Source of the DNA: the human T2T-CHM13v2.0 reference genome, Homo sapiens
NCBI RefSeq assembly: GCF_009914755.1
Contig: NC_060926.1
Strand: one strand, 5' to 3'
DNA length: 64,000 nt
Part shown: in pieces, positions 41,548 through 59,780 of the stretch
Numbering within the stretch: position 1 is the first letter of the stretch
How the letters are laid out: the number at the start of each line of letters is the position of its first letter
Made by a program: the position numbers and the translations under genes
Notes under the pieces: model-generated
The model's input: only the letters and a program-made list of their open reading frames with translations
Database searches by the model: none
Told to the model about the DNA's origin: nothing

Positions 41548-42621
41548 TGAGTCATAGTTCCCTAGAGAAACAGAAATAAAGGAAGTCATCTATCTATCTA
41601 TCTATATAGAAAAACATTTTTAAGACGTTGGGATATGTGATTGTGAGGACTGGCAAGTTCAAAATCTGCAAGGCTGGCCAACAGCTGGAAATTCTGGCAA
41701 GAATGGGTGTTGCAGTCTTTCTTGGGTTAAAGGCAGTCTGGATGATGAATTCTTTTCTCCCAGAGAGACCTCTTTTCTTTTAAGGATTTCAACTGATTGG
41801 ATGGAGTCTATGCATATTATGGAGGGTAATCTGCTTTTCTCAAGGACTACTAATATACATGTTAATCACGTCTCTAAAACTACCTTCACAGTGATACAGG
41901 AACTAAAAAGAAATTATTAAGGCAGTTGGTGAGGGTAAGAGAGTCCTTGGTAAGCCTGCCCTTTTAACAAAAAAGCAGCCCCCAAATCTTTACTTTTCTA
42001 ACTAAGAGCAGCCTGAAAAATCAAACTGCAGACGTAGAAAAGCAAGCTACAAGCTTGCAAGGGTGAATGTCAGCAGCTGTGCCAATAAGGAAAGGTTACC
42101 TAGGGGCCAGCCATGTTCAACACGGAGGCTTCATCTTCTCTTTTCTTTGTCAACCACGTGTACAGTAAAGAAACAAGCAACATGGCGCCGACTAGGTAGA
42201 TAACCCATCTATATAATAAAATATTAAGTTGGGGCGTCCAGTTTCTCCCCGCGCTATACAAATGGCACATCTGGTCCAAGCAATCTCTCGTGCCCTATGT
42301 AAATCAGACATGGCCTCCTCAAACTCATCTATAAAACCCCGTGCATTTCACCAGGGAAACCGAAGACCCGCTCAGTAGCTCGTCTTTCTCTGCAGGAGGG
42401 AGAGCTTTTCTCTTTCTTCGCCTATTAACCCTCTGCTCTTAACCTTACTCCACCTGTGTCTGTGTCCTTGATTTCCTCAGCGTGAGACAACGAACCTCGG
42501 GTATTACCCCCGACGAAAGACATGTAACGACATGGCTTCAACAGCAACACCTAGAATGGTGTTTGACTAAAAACTGCATACTATAACACAACCTAACTGA
42601 CACCTAAAATTAACCTTCATA
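41548..42621 (-). mobile_element. MLT2D-like LTR split by LTR9
   Basis: gagaaacagaa, ggactggcaagttcaaaatctgca, ttcaactgattggatg, taccttcacag|caacacctaga...aaaattaaccttcata. Confidence 0.85.
41892..42540 (+). mobile_element. LTR9-family (LTR9B-like, ERV1) solo LTR
   Basis: tgatacaggaactaaaaagaaattattaaggcag...gaacctcgggtattaccc...cttca; TATA-like ctataaaa; 4-bp TSD ACAG at 41888-41891 and 42541-42544. Confidence 0.88.
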
Positions 42622-44026
42622 CTCCCTAACATCTAGGCTTATTCAATGGTGAATTCTAGCAGGAGATATGAGGGAGGGAGAAGCAAGACATCCAAAAAAT
42701 CAGCCCTTTGGTTTCTTATTGGATGTGTTACCATAGACTTCACAGCTCGGGCCAAGGAGACCCTGTACATGTGACTCTGTCTTTCCAGTTCCAGTAGTTA
42801 CTCTCCTTTTATCTGACCCATTTCCAGAGAGCAGTGGTGACAGACCCCTCTCCTCCTCTTACCAGCTCCCTGGTACCGCACCATTCTTTATATTTTGTTT
42901 AAATTCTCCTCATATCTTTAAAAATACCCCCTTTATTAAAATCTCCTTAAATCATCCACTTTGACCATGGGTTATTTTTCCTGCCATAGCTGGACAGTAA
43001 AAACAAACTAGGGGTTTGGAAATTAGCAGATTACTCCTGTGGATACTCGAATCTCTAAAGCAAAGCCACAGATATTTCTTCTACTCTTTGAGAATTTCCC
43101 TTACACTCTTAGAGATTTCAACCGTTCACTCTAATTCCCAATTTTACTTGTGGACCCCCTTTGTTTGCAAGGATATCAATTCCCAATGCTCAATTTGCTA
43201 ACATCATGAAACCGGCTTGATGTTTGGAAGTACATCAAATACTGAAATTAAGGTGAATAATACTACAGAAAACAGAAAATAGTCTTCACTATCAAACTGC
43301 TTCAATCATACTTTGCTATGTTGGAAGCAAAAGACAGGCTTTCTTTCAGGTCAGCAGTTGGTGCCATTTCTGCATCTGTGCTGAGGAAATACAGCACTTT
43401 TATTCACTTTCTTTCACATCCATCACTTGACTCTTCTAAATGGTAAATATATTTCTTCTTGCATTGTTGACAGAATTGGTGAAGCCAGCACTGCATCTGA
43501 GCCTTTTTTAAAGACCAAGAGCAATGTACTGTCCTTGTGCTTACTGCTCATCTTGCTTCTCCTGACCATATGACACAGCCTGCTCTCTTGCCTCAGTGGC
43601 TCAGCAGTTACTAATATGATTTTTACAAGACATTGATCCAAAAACTATGAAAAATACTTTGCAAGCTTCCAGTAGAAGTAAGGTTAAAGTTGGTAATGTG
43701 GTACACAAAAACTACAACACAAGAAGAGGCTTTGCAGTTATTTTCTATTGATTGCTTGTGTACTTATTTTTCCAAATGTAGTTTCTAGAACCAGTTAGCA
43801 CAGAAAGTTATAAACATTGTATAATTATTCATCTAAATGAATTGTAATAATAACTACAAAAAATTATGTCTACTGGCTGTAACATAACTTAGTAATTATT
43901 CTGTTTGTATGTACTTAGGTAGCTTCCAGAGGTTTATGGCTAAATGATCTCTAATAATTATTCTTATTTTCAAATTTAAATGTCAATTGCTGAATATATA
44001 CATACAATAAAGGCTTTATAACTATG

Positions 44027-44426
44027 TGTATTAGTTTGCTAGGAATGTCATAACAAAATACCATAGACTATGTGGTTTAAACAGCAGAAATGCATTTTCT
44101 CACAGCTTCAAAAAGGCTCTAAGTCTGGTATCAAGGTGTTAGCAAATTTGGTTTTTCCTAAGGTCTATCTTCTTTTCTTTCAGATGGCTGCCTTCTTCCT
44201 GTGTCCTCACATGGTCTTTTCTCTGTGCATATGCATCCTGTGTCTATGTCCAAATTTTCTTTTTAAAATAATGACCCAGTCATACTGAATGAAGGTCCAC
44301 TCATATGATTTCATCTAAGCTTAATTACCACTTTAGAGGCCCTATTTCTAAATATGGTCATATTCTGTGGAACTGAGAATTAGCTCTTCAACATATGAAT
44401 TTTGGGGGAACAAAATTCAGCATATA
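44027..44426 (-). mobile_element. MLT1B-like solo LTR
   Basis: tgtattagtttgctagg...cagatggctgccttcttcctgtgtcctcacatggtc...ttcaacatatgaattttggggg. Confidence 0.88.
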
Positions 44427-44427
44427 T

Positions 44428-44506
44428 TTCCTGATACATAGAGCAAAATTCCTGATATATAGCAAAATTCCTGATATATAGAGCACATAACTCTATATAT
44501 CAGGAA
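44428..44506. repeat. Three tandem copies of about 20 bp plus one inverted copy
   Basis: ttcctgata(c/t)atagagcaaaa x3 (with small variants), then ctctatatatcaggaa. Confidence 0.9.
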
Positions 44507-45118
44507 AAATAAAGTATATACCCATTTCTGCTCATCTCTGTAAAAGGAGTAGGGAAAGAATAAATTTTAAAATTCATGAGATGCTTTCTTACATGGGTGT
44601 GTGATAATGGATGGGCAAGGATGAAGACAGACTAGAATAGAAGGAATAAGACGGGAGTAAAATTTCCAAGATTGCCATGTTTTACAGTACATATGTTTAG
44701 AAACAGATTAATATTTCAGATACATGATAGATAGATAGATGTATATTTCATATATACATATACAAAAACATAATAAAATCATCAATGATAGAGGAAAATG
44801 TAGAATAAAAAACAAATAGAAATATGTAAAGTATATTTCAAATAACAACTTTATACACGTTATGTTCATATGCATTTATTCATCTGTACACTTATTGAAA
44901 CTTTATTAGTAGGACTTTATAAAATGTGAAATATGAGATAGTTTATATATGTTATATAATTGAATAATTTTGTTATTTATATTCTCAATAATTATGTTTT
45001 ATCAATTCTTATTGCTTCTTATATTTGCACTTATAAAAGCAGCATTTCAAGTGTAATATTTTTATGCAAATTAAACTCCTTTTTTCCTTTTTATTTTTCA
45101 TCACTTTTATGCAAATAA

Positions 45119-45471
<353 letters not shown>

Positions 45472-45896
45472 TAAGGAAAATCCACTTATTTGAACAACAT
45501 ACCACAGTAATGTCATTTGTTTATATATCAATGATTGGTAACTTTCTTCTGTGAGAAACAACTTAATAATTTTCATTACCTTGGCATTCAAAATGTATTT
45601 TTATCTTATAGGACCAGAAGACCAGAGACTGTATACTTCTTCACTAACCCCATCTGTTTGAGTCTAGTCTTAAACATCCAAAAATCATCCATAGACACGT
45701 ATATATTACTCTGGACATTTAATGGAATAAATAATCCTTTCATCCAGGTGTTAAAGTCCATAATTTATTATTAATATTGATATTGGAAACAATATCATTA
45801 GCGATGAATATGTGAGCATTTAAAACTTAAATATTTTAAACTAGCTGATTATTTTGCCTGTTAGTTAATGTAGTTTCTTCATAGTGTTGAGGGTCT

Positions 45897-46913
45897 TTAC
45901 AATTTGGTATGTTTTTGCAGTGGCTGGTACCAGTTGTTCCTTTCCATGTTTAGTGCTTCCTTCAGGAGCTCTTGTAAGGCAGGGCTGGTGGTGACAGAAT
46001 CTCTCAGCATTTGCCTGTCTGTAAGGTATTTTATTTCTCCTTTGCTTATGAAGCTTAGTTTGGCTGGAGATGAAATTCTAGGTTGAAATTCTTTTCTTTA
46101 AGAATGTTGAATATTGGCCCCCACTCTCTTCTGGCTTGTCGGGTTTCTGCTGAGAGATCCGCTGTTAATCTGATGGGCTTCCCTTTGTGGGTAACCCGAC
46201 CTTTCTCTCTGGCTGCCCTTAACATTTTTTCCTTCATTTCAACCTTAGTGAATTTGACAATTATGTGTCTTGGCGTTGCTCTTCTTGAGGGGTATCTTTG
46301 TATTTCCTGAATTTGAATGTTGGCCTGCCTTGCTAGGTTGGGGAAGTTCTCCTGGATAATATCCTGAAGAGTGTTTTCCAACTTGGTTCCATTCTCCCCA
46401 TCACTTTCAGGTACACCAATCAAATGTAGATTTGGTCTTTTCACATAGTCCCATCTTTCTTGGAGGCTTTCTTCATTTCTTTTCACTCTTTTTTTCTCTA
46501 ATCTTGTCTTCTCACTTTATTTCCTTGAGTTGATCTTTAATCTCTAATATCCCTTCTTCCGCTTGATCGATTCGGCTATTGATACTTATGTATGCTTCAC
46601 GAAGTTCTCGTGCTGTGTTTTTCAGCTCCATCAGGTCACTTATGTTCTTCTCTAAACTAGTTATTCTAGTTAGCAATTCATCTTACCTTTTTTCAAGATT
46701 CTTACCTTCCTTATGATGGGTTAGAACACGCTCCTTTAGCTCGGAGGAGTTTGTTATTACCCACCTTCTGCAGCCTACTGCCGTCAGTTTGCCAAACTAA
46801 TTCTCTATCCAGTTTTGTTCCCTTGCTGGCGAGGAGTTGTGATCCTTTGGAGGAGGAGAAGAGGTGTTATGGTTTTTGAAATTTTCAGCCTTTTTGTGCT
46901 GGTTTCTCCCCAT
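45897..46913 (-). pseudogene. L1 ORF1p remnant (disrupted)
   Basis: Translated segment SLQERWDYVKRPNL...IQENFPNLARQ...ARREWGPIF; ATG at 46913 and TAA at 45897; frameshifts and stops. Confidence 0.9.
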
Positions 46914-47302
46914 CTTCGTGGATTTATCTTCGTTTGGTCTTTGAAATCGGTGATCTTTGGATGAGGTCTCTGAGTGGACGACCTTTTTGTTGATGTCGAT
47001 CCTCTTCCTTTCTGTTTGTTAGTTTTCCTTCTAACAGTCAGGCGCCTCTGCTGCAGGTCTGCTGGAGTTTGCTGGAGGTCCTCTCCAGACCCTGTTTGCC
47101 TGGGTATCATCGGAGGAGCCTGCAGAAGAGCAAAGATGGCTCCCTGTTCCTTCCTCTGGAAGCTTCGTCCCACGGGGCACCCACCAGATGCCAGCCATAG
47201 CTCTCCTGTATGAGATGTCTGCCGGTCCCTACTGGGAGGTGTCTCCCAGTCAGGATACATGGGTGTCAGGGACCCACTTGAGGAGGCAGTCTGTCCCTTA
47301 TC

Positions 47303-50926
<3,624 letters not shown>

Positions 50927-51939
50927 ACAATGAGAACACATGGACACAGGGAGGGGAACTTCACACACTGGAGCCTGTCGGGGGTGGGGGGCTAGGGGAG
51001 GGATAGCATTAGGAGAAATACCTAATGTAGATGACGGGCTGATGGGGTGCAACAAACCACCATAGCACATGTATATGTATATAACAAACCTGCACGTTCT
51101 GCACCTGTACACAAGAACTTAAAGTATAAAGGAAAAAAAAATACTTTAAACTAGATATCCTAGTTTCAGGGCAAGTGTCACCATTAAGTTGTAACTATAA
51201 TTTGAGTAAGCCAGACTTGTACTTCTGTTTTGACATTGACTGTACTCTGACCCTCTCATCAATTTTCTTACCTTGAACAATACTCGACTCTTGTATAAAA
51301 TAGATATGGGGCTATCGATATAATATGTAGTGTCTTGGAGTTTCAGATTTTTCACCTCTAAAGAAGGAATAGATAAAACAACTGCACAGGGAAGAAAGGC
51401 TGTGAGGACTTTAAACTTTCTTTTTACTTGCCTCAATTTGGATTCTCCACTAATAATAGAGATAAAGCTGAAGAGAAGCACTGAAGAATACAGTAGAAAG
51501 AAACTACATGCATGTCTAAGATAGGAAGAGTGTAGATAATAAACAAATCATTTACAGAATTGCTGAATATCCTGGAGCTTTTCATGTTAACACCAGCATC
51601 ATTCCTTTCTTTAGAAATTTGGAGGACAATATACTATATGTGTACTACATGTATACTATAGTACACAGTTTTGATAATCCATTTTGGTTGTTTCTTATTT
51701 AGTAAAGAAAGTTATCTTTTAGCTTCTCTAGTTGATCACTTTCTTTTTTTTTTAAATGCATCCTCCCTTAGCTATATAGAACACTGTTCCTTCTATTAAT
51801 CACCCTTTAGATACTTGGCAATGTCCAACATCCATGGGCTGTTTTATATATTGTCAGTTAAGATGTCAGCCAGAATTGTAGGTTGCATAGAACATAAACC
51901 TAAACAATTATATTTTAAAAAATAAACTATTATAGCTAT

Positions 51940-52345
51940 TAATCTAGCTGGGAAGTGACAGGAGCAATTTTGTATTTTAGAAAGTCAACTGCAGCTCAGA
52001 GAAGAGAAAGGATTTAAAAGGGGTCATATTAGAAAAAAGTTTTACATGGCAGCTGTAGTAACTGAAATGAGATATGATGACATGAATGAAGGGAAAGGCA
52101 ATAGAAATAGAAATTACAATATAAACTCAAGTGATAATAAAGGGAAAGATTTGACAGAATATAGTGACTTATTGGTGAGGAGTGTGTGAGCAAAAAAAAA
52201 TAGGAATGAAGGTAATGTTATTGATTGGGAAGGTCATGGTAGCATTAACAGACATAGAATACAGGAGGAGGATAAGACTTTGTAAAGAGTATGCTTGTTT
52301 TTGTTTGGACACAGTGATTTTTGAAGCATACGTCCTTGGAAACTT
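51940..52345 (-). mobile_element. L2 fragment
   Basis: ttttagaaagtcaactgcagc, ttgacagaatatagtgacttattgg, tttgtttggacacagtgattttgaag. Confidence 0.6.
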
Positions 52346-52475
52346 TGATATTTTTTCCCAAGAATTTTCTGCCATATCCGCAGTTTAGCATCATTACTTA
52401 CACAGACCTTTAAATGTTGTGGCTGATTTTTACTTAAGAAAAAGAACACACGTATATTTGAACATTGGTAAGTTA

Positions 52476-52637
52476 TTCATATATATGTAAAGAATTTATA
52501 TATATAACAAATACATATTTATATAATACATATATGATAGATAATTCTTATACATTTCTAAATATATATCAAAATATATATAAATCTATATCAAATGCAT
52601 ATATTTGATACATATAAATTCTTCACATATATATGAA
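52476..52637. repeat. AT-rich imperfect inverted repeat (30-bp arms)
   Basis: 52476-52505 matches the reverse complement of 52608-52637 at 28/30 positions. Confidence 0.85.
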
Positions 52638-52719
52638 CTTCTCAATCTCCACACTGTGCTCTGTTTCCGGGATCAGAAACTCATATACCTCTATACGTTT
52701 TTTAACTCAAGTGTATAAC

Positions 52720-53775
52720 TGCATGCAAAATAATTTGGTTAGACTGCTATCTCACACCACATAAAAATTAATTCAAAATGGATCAATGCCCTACTCATAG
52801 AAACTAAAACCATGCAACACTTAGAAGGCAGCATAAGGATAAATACACACAACCTTCGGTTTGGCAATAGATTATTAGCTATAAAACCATAAGTATCAGC
52901 AACAACAACAAAAATTCGATAAATTGGACTTAATAAAAATGGGAAATATTTTGTGCATCAAAGAACATTGTCAAGAAAGTGAAAAGAAAATCTATAGAAT
53001 GATAGAAAATATTTGCAAATATTAACATCATTAGTCATTAGGGAAATGTAAATGCAAATCACATTGCAAATGTAAATGCTAATTAACACCCACTAGAATG
53101 GCCATGATCAAGAAGACATATAACAACAAGCATTGTTGAGGATATGGAAAAATTGTAATTCTTTCACTTTGCGTCAGGAATGTAAAATGGTAGAGCTTCT
53201 GTGGAAAGCAGTTTTGTGAGTCCTCAAGTTAAACAGGATTACCACATAACCCAGCAATTTCACTCCTAGGTGTACATCCAAAAGAATTGAACATAGTTAC
53301 TCCAACAAATACATGTACATGCATGTTCATAGCAGCACTATTTACAATAGCCAAAAAGTGAAACAACCCAAATATTCATCAATGGATGATATATAATTTT
53401 AGCCATAAATAGGAATGAAGTGAATGATACAATGTGGATCAGCCCCCAAAATATTATGATAAGGGAAAGAAGACCGATATGAAAGGACACACGTATCTAT
53501 GATAGGATTCAATTTATATGAAATATCTTGAAGAGATAAATCAGTTGAGACAGAATGCAGATTCGTAGTTCCCAGTTGTGTGGAATTGGGGATGGGGAGA
53601 AGGAAGAATTGGAAGTAACCGTTTAATGTGTATGGTGATTCCTTTTGGGGTGAGGAGAATATTTTGGGAATAAATAGAAATAGTGTTTTTACAACATTGC
53701 GAATGTATTACATGCCATTGAATTTTCACTTTATTATGTTATGTGAATTTCACCTCAATTACAAAAACAGAAAAA
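52720..53775 (+). mobile_element. L1MB (7/8-like) 3' region
   Basis: ORF2 end (cccagcaatttcactcctagg, atgttcatagcagcactattt) and terminus ttatgttatgtgaatttcacctcaatt. Confidence 0.8.
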
Positions 53776-54671
53776 TTGAAAACATTTAAGTCAGGTATTG
53801 GTCTTTCTCCTCTCTCTGCCATTCTTTTTATCCTATTTCTTGTAAGCAGCCAATACTTTTTTTGCAAATCTGAGCAGGTATGTTCATATATATTTCTTTC
53901 TTGTTATTTCCTACACAAAGCCAGTAAATTAGACCTTTTTAGTGGCATTTTTTTTTCACCTAATGCGTTAAGCAAAATTCCAGGGTTAATTCTGAGAAGT
54001 GTAATTTATGAACCAAATGTTAAGTACATATGTAGTTTTGATAGATATTGCCAAATTGTTCTCCATCAGGGTTGTATCATTTTACAGTCCTAAAAGCAGT
54101 GATACGTCATTTTCTCACAACTTGGCCAACAGTGTATGTTGTCATGTCTTTGAGTTTTGTCAGTCCGATAGGTGAGACATTGTGACTAAGCGTAGTTATA
54201 ATTCGTATTTCACTTATAAGTGATTTTTAGTATCTTTTCATATATATATAGACCTTTTTAATATATTTTTGAACATCTTAAAAATTAAATTCAGGCATTG
54301 TTTATTATCACGAGCTTTTAGTCTTCCCTCAAGGTTTTTAGAAATTTTGTTTTACACGTTAAGGTTAATGGCCCTTTTATTTTGCAGCACATGTTGCAAA
54401 TATTTGTACCCAGTTAGTTATTTGTCTTTGTCATTGCTAACTCTTTTACTCTCCAAAATGAAACGATTTAAAAATTTCATATATTCAATTATTAATCATT
54501 ATTATTGAATCTGAATTTAGAAATGTAATTGAAAATGTTTTTCTCCATATAGAATTTAAAGGAATGGGCCTGGCGCGGTACGTTAGGAGGCCGAGGCAGG
54601 CTGATCACAAGTTCAGGAGATCGAGACCATCCTGGTTAACACAGTGAAACCCCGTCTCTATTAAAAATACA

Positions 54672-57597
<2,926 letters not shown>

Positions 57598-57749
57598 TTA
57601 CTGGTATATCTTAAAAATGGATGCTATTTTATCCCTTACTAAGTATCTATCCAGTTGTCCTAACATCATTTATTAACAACATTATTTTGGCCCCAGCAAT
57701 TTAGGACATTACCTTTATTATATACTAAAGTTCTACATTTCTTTATTTC

Positions 57750-59780
57750 ATTACATTACTATTTTATATTGATACAAATATTTGCACATATATATGGCAT
57801 GCATTTGATGTTTTGTTAAAGTGAGGAAGTCAGGGTATTAGGGGTGTCCATCACCTCAAGTTGTTATTATTTCTAAGTGTTGGGAACATTTCAAATCCTC
57901 TCTTCTATCTGTTTTGAAATATACAGTACATTATTTTTAACTATAGTCACACTATTCTGCTAGCGAACATTATCATTGAATGTATTCTTTATATCTAATT
58001 GTAGGTTTCTACCTGTTAGCCAACCTCTCTCTATCCCTCCACCTCCCCACATGCCTTTTTTAGCTTCTGGTATCTACCATTCTATCCTCACATGAGATCA
58101 GTTTTTTAACTTACACATATAAATGAGAACATTCTATATTTATCTCTCTATACCTGTTTATCTCACCTAACATAAGGACCTTCAGTTCCACCTACATTGC
58201 TGCAAATGACATGATTTTATTTATTTCTATGGCTAAATAATATTTCATTGTTTATATATGCCACATTTGCTTTATCCATTCATCTCTTGCTGGACACTTA
58301 AGTTGATTTCCTATGTTTGCTATTGTTAACAGTGTTGCAATAAACATGGCAATGCAGGTATCCCTTTGATATACTGATTTCTTTTTCTCTGGATAAATCC
58401 TGAGTAGTGTGATTGTTGGATGGTATGGTAGTTTAATTTTTTCACTTTTCAAGAAATCTCCAGACCATTCTTTCATAGTGACTGTAATAATTTCCATGGC
58501 CCCCAGTGGTGTATACATGTTCCCTTTTCTCTGCATCCTTGCCAAAGTTTGTTTTTTTGTTGTTATTTTTGTTATTCTTATTTTTTTGAGACAGGTTCTT
58601 ACTCTGTCACCCAGGCTAAAGTGCAGTGGCAGTGGTCATGGCTCATTGCAGTCTCAGCCTTCCAGGCTCAAGCAATCCTCCTACCTGAGCCACCCAAGTA
58701 GGTAGGACTGCAGGCATGCACCACCATGCCTAGCTAATTTTGTTGGTGGTTTTTTGTAGAGATGGCGTCTCACTATGTTGCCCAGGCTGGTCTGGAACTC
58801 CTGCCTCAAGCAGTCTTCCCACCTTAGCCTCCCAATGTGTTAGGATTACAGGCATGAGCCACTGTACCCCACTATTTTTTATCTTTTAATAACAGCCATT
58901 CTAATTGTGTAAGATGCTGTCTTATTGTGGTTTTGATTTGCATTTCCCTGATGATTAGTGAGTAATGTTGAGCATTTTTTCATATATTTGTTGGTCCTTT
59001 GTACATCTTCTTTTGAGAAATATCTTTTCATGTCCTTACTTCACTTTTTAATGGGATTGTAAGTCTTTTCTTTTTGTTGTGGAGTTGTTTGAATGCCTTG
59101 TGTTTTCTGTATATTAGTCCCCAGTCAGATGCGAATATTTTCTCTTATTTAACATGTTGTCTCTTCATTCTCTTGCCTGTTTCCTTTGCTGTGCAGAAGC
59201 TTTTTAGTTTAATATAATTTCATCTATTTTTATTTTTGTTGCCTGGCTTTTGAAGTCTTAGCTATACAATCTTTGTCCAGACCAATGTCCTGAAGTGTTT
59301 CCCCAATGTCTTCTTCTAGCAGTTTTATAGTTTGTTTCTCACATTTGGCTTTAATTCATCTTAACTTTATTCTTGTACATGGTGAGAGGCAAGGGTCCAG
59401 TTTCATTCCTCTGCATATAAAATTTAATTTTTTCCAGCACCATTTATTGAAGAGGGTGTCTTTTCCTCTGTGTGTATTCTTGATGCCTTTGTTGAAAACC
59501 ATTTGGCTGTAAAAAGGTAGACTTACTTCTGGATTTTCTATTCTGTCCCATTGATCTATGTGTCTGTTTTTATATCAATAACATGAAGTTTTGTTTACTA
59601 TAGCTTTGTAGTAGATTCCGAAGTCAGGTAGTATGATGCCTCCAGCTTTGTTCTTTTTTGCTCAAGATTGCTTTAGCTAATTGGGATCTTTTGTGCTTCC
59701 ATACAAATTTTAAAATGATTTTTACTATTTCTATAAAGAATGTCATTGGTATTCTGATAGAATTGCATGCCCATGGTAAA
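57750..59780 (-). mobile_element. L1MA (MA2-4-like) 3' region split by AluJ
   Basis: tccatcacctc...gtgttgggaacatttcaaatcctctcttcta...; ORF2 antisense tttccagcaccatttattgaagag. Confidence 0.85.
58547..58873 (-). mobile_element. AluJ (Jo/Jr-like)
   Basis: ggctcaagcaatcctcc and gtctcactatgttgcccaggctgg are J diagnostics; high divergence. Confidence 0.9.

Larger units (their letters stand above)
41418..43005 (+). mobile_element. LTR33-like ERVL LTR split by nested MLT2D and LTR9
   Basis: Left piece 41418-41547 (ttccacgctactc...gaggctga); right piece 42622-43005 (caatggtgaattctagcaggagat, ccctttattaaaatctc). Confidence 0.6.

Noticed and set aside
43010-43700. Possible processed pseudogene in unique sequence
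   Set aside because: No recognisable protein in any frame, no poly(A) tail and no TSD.
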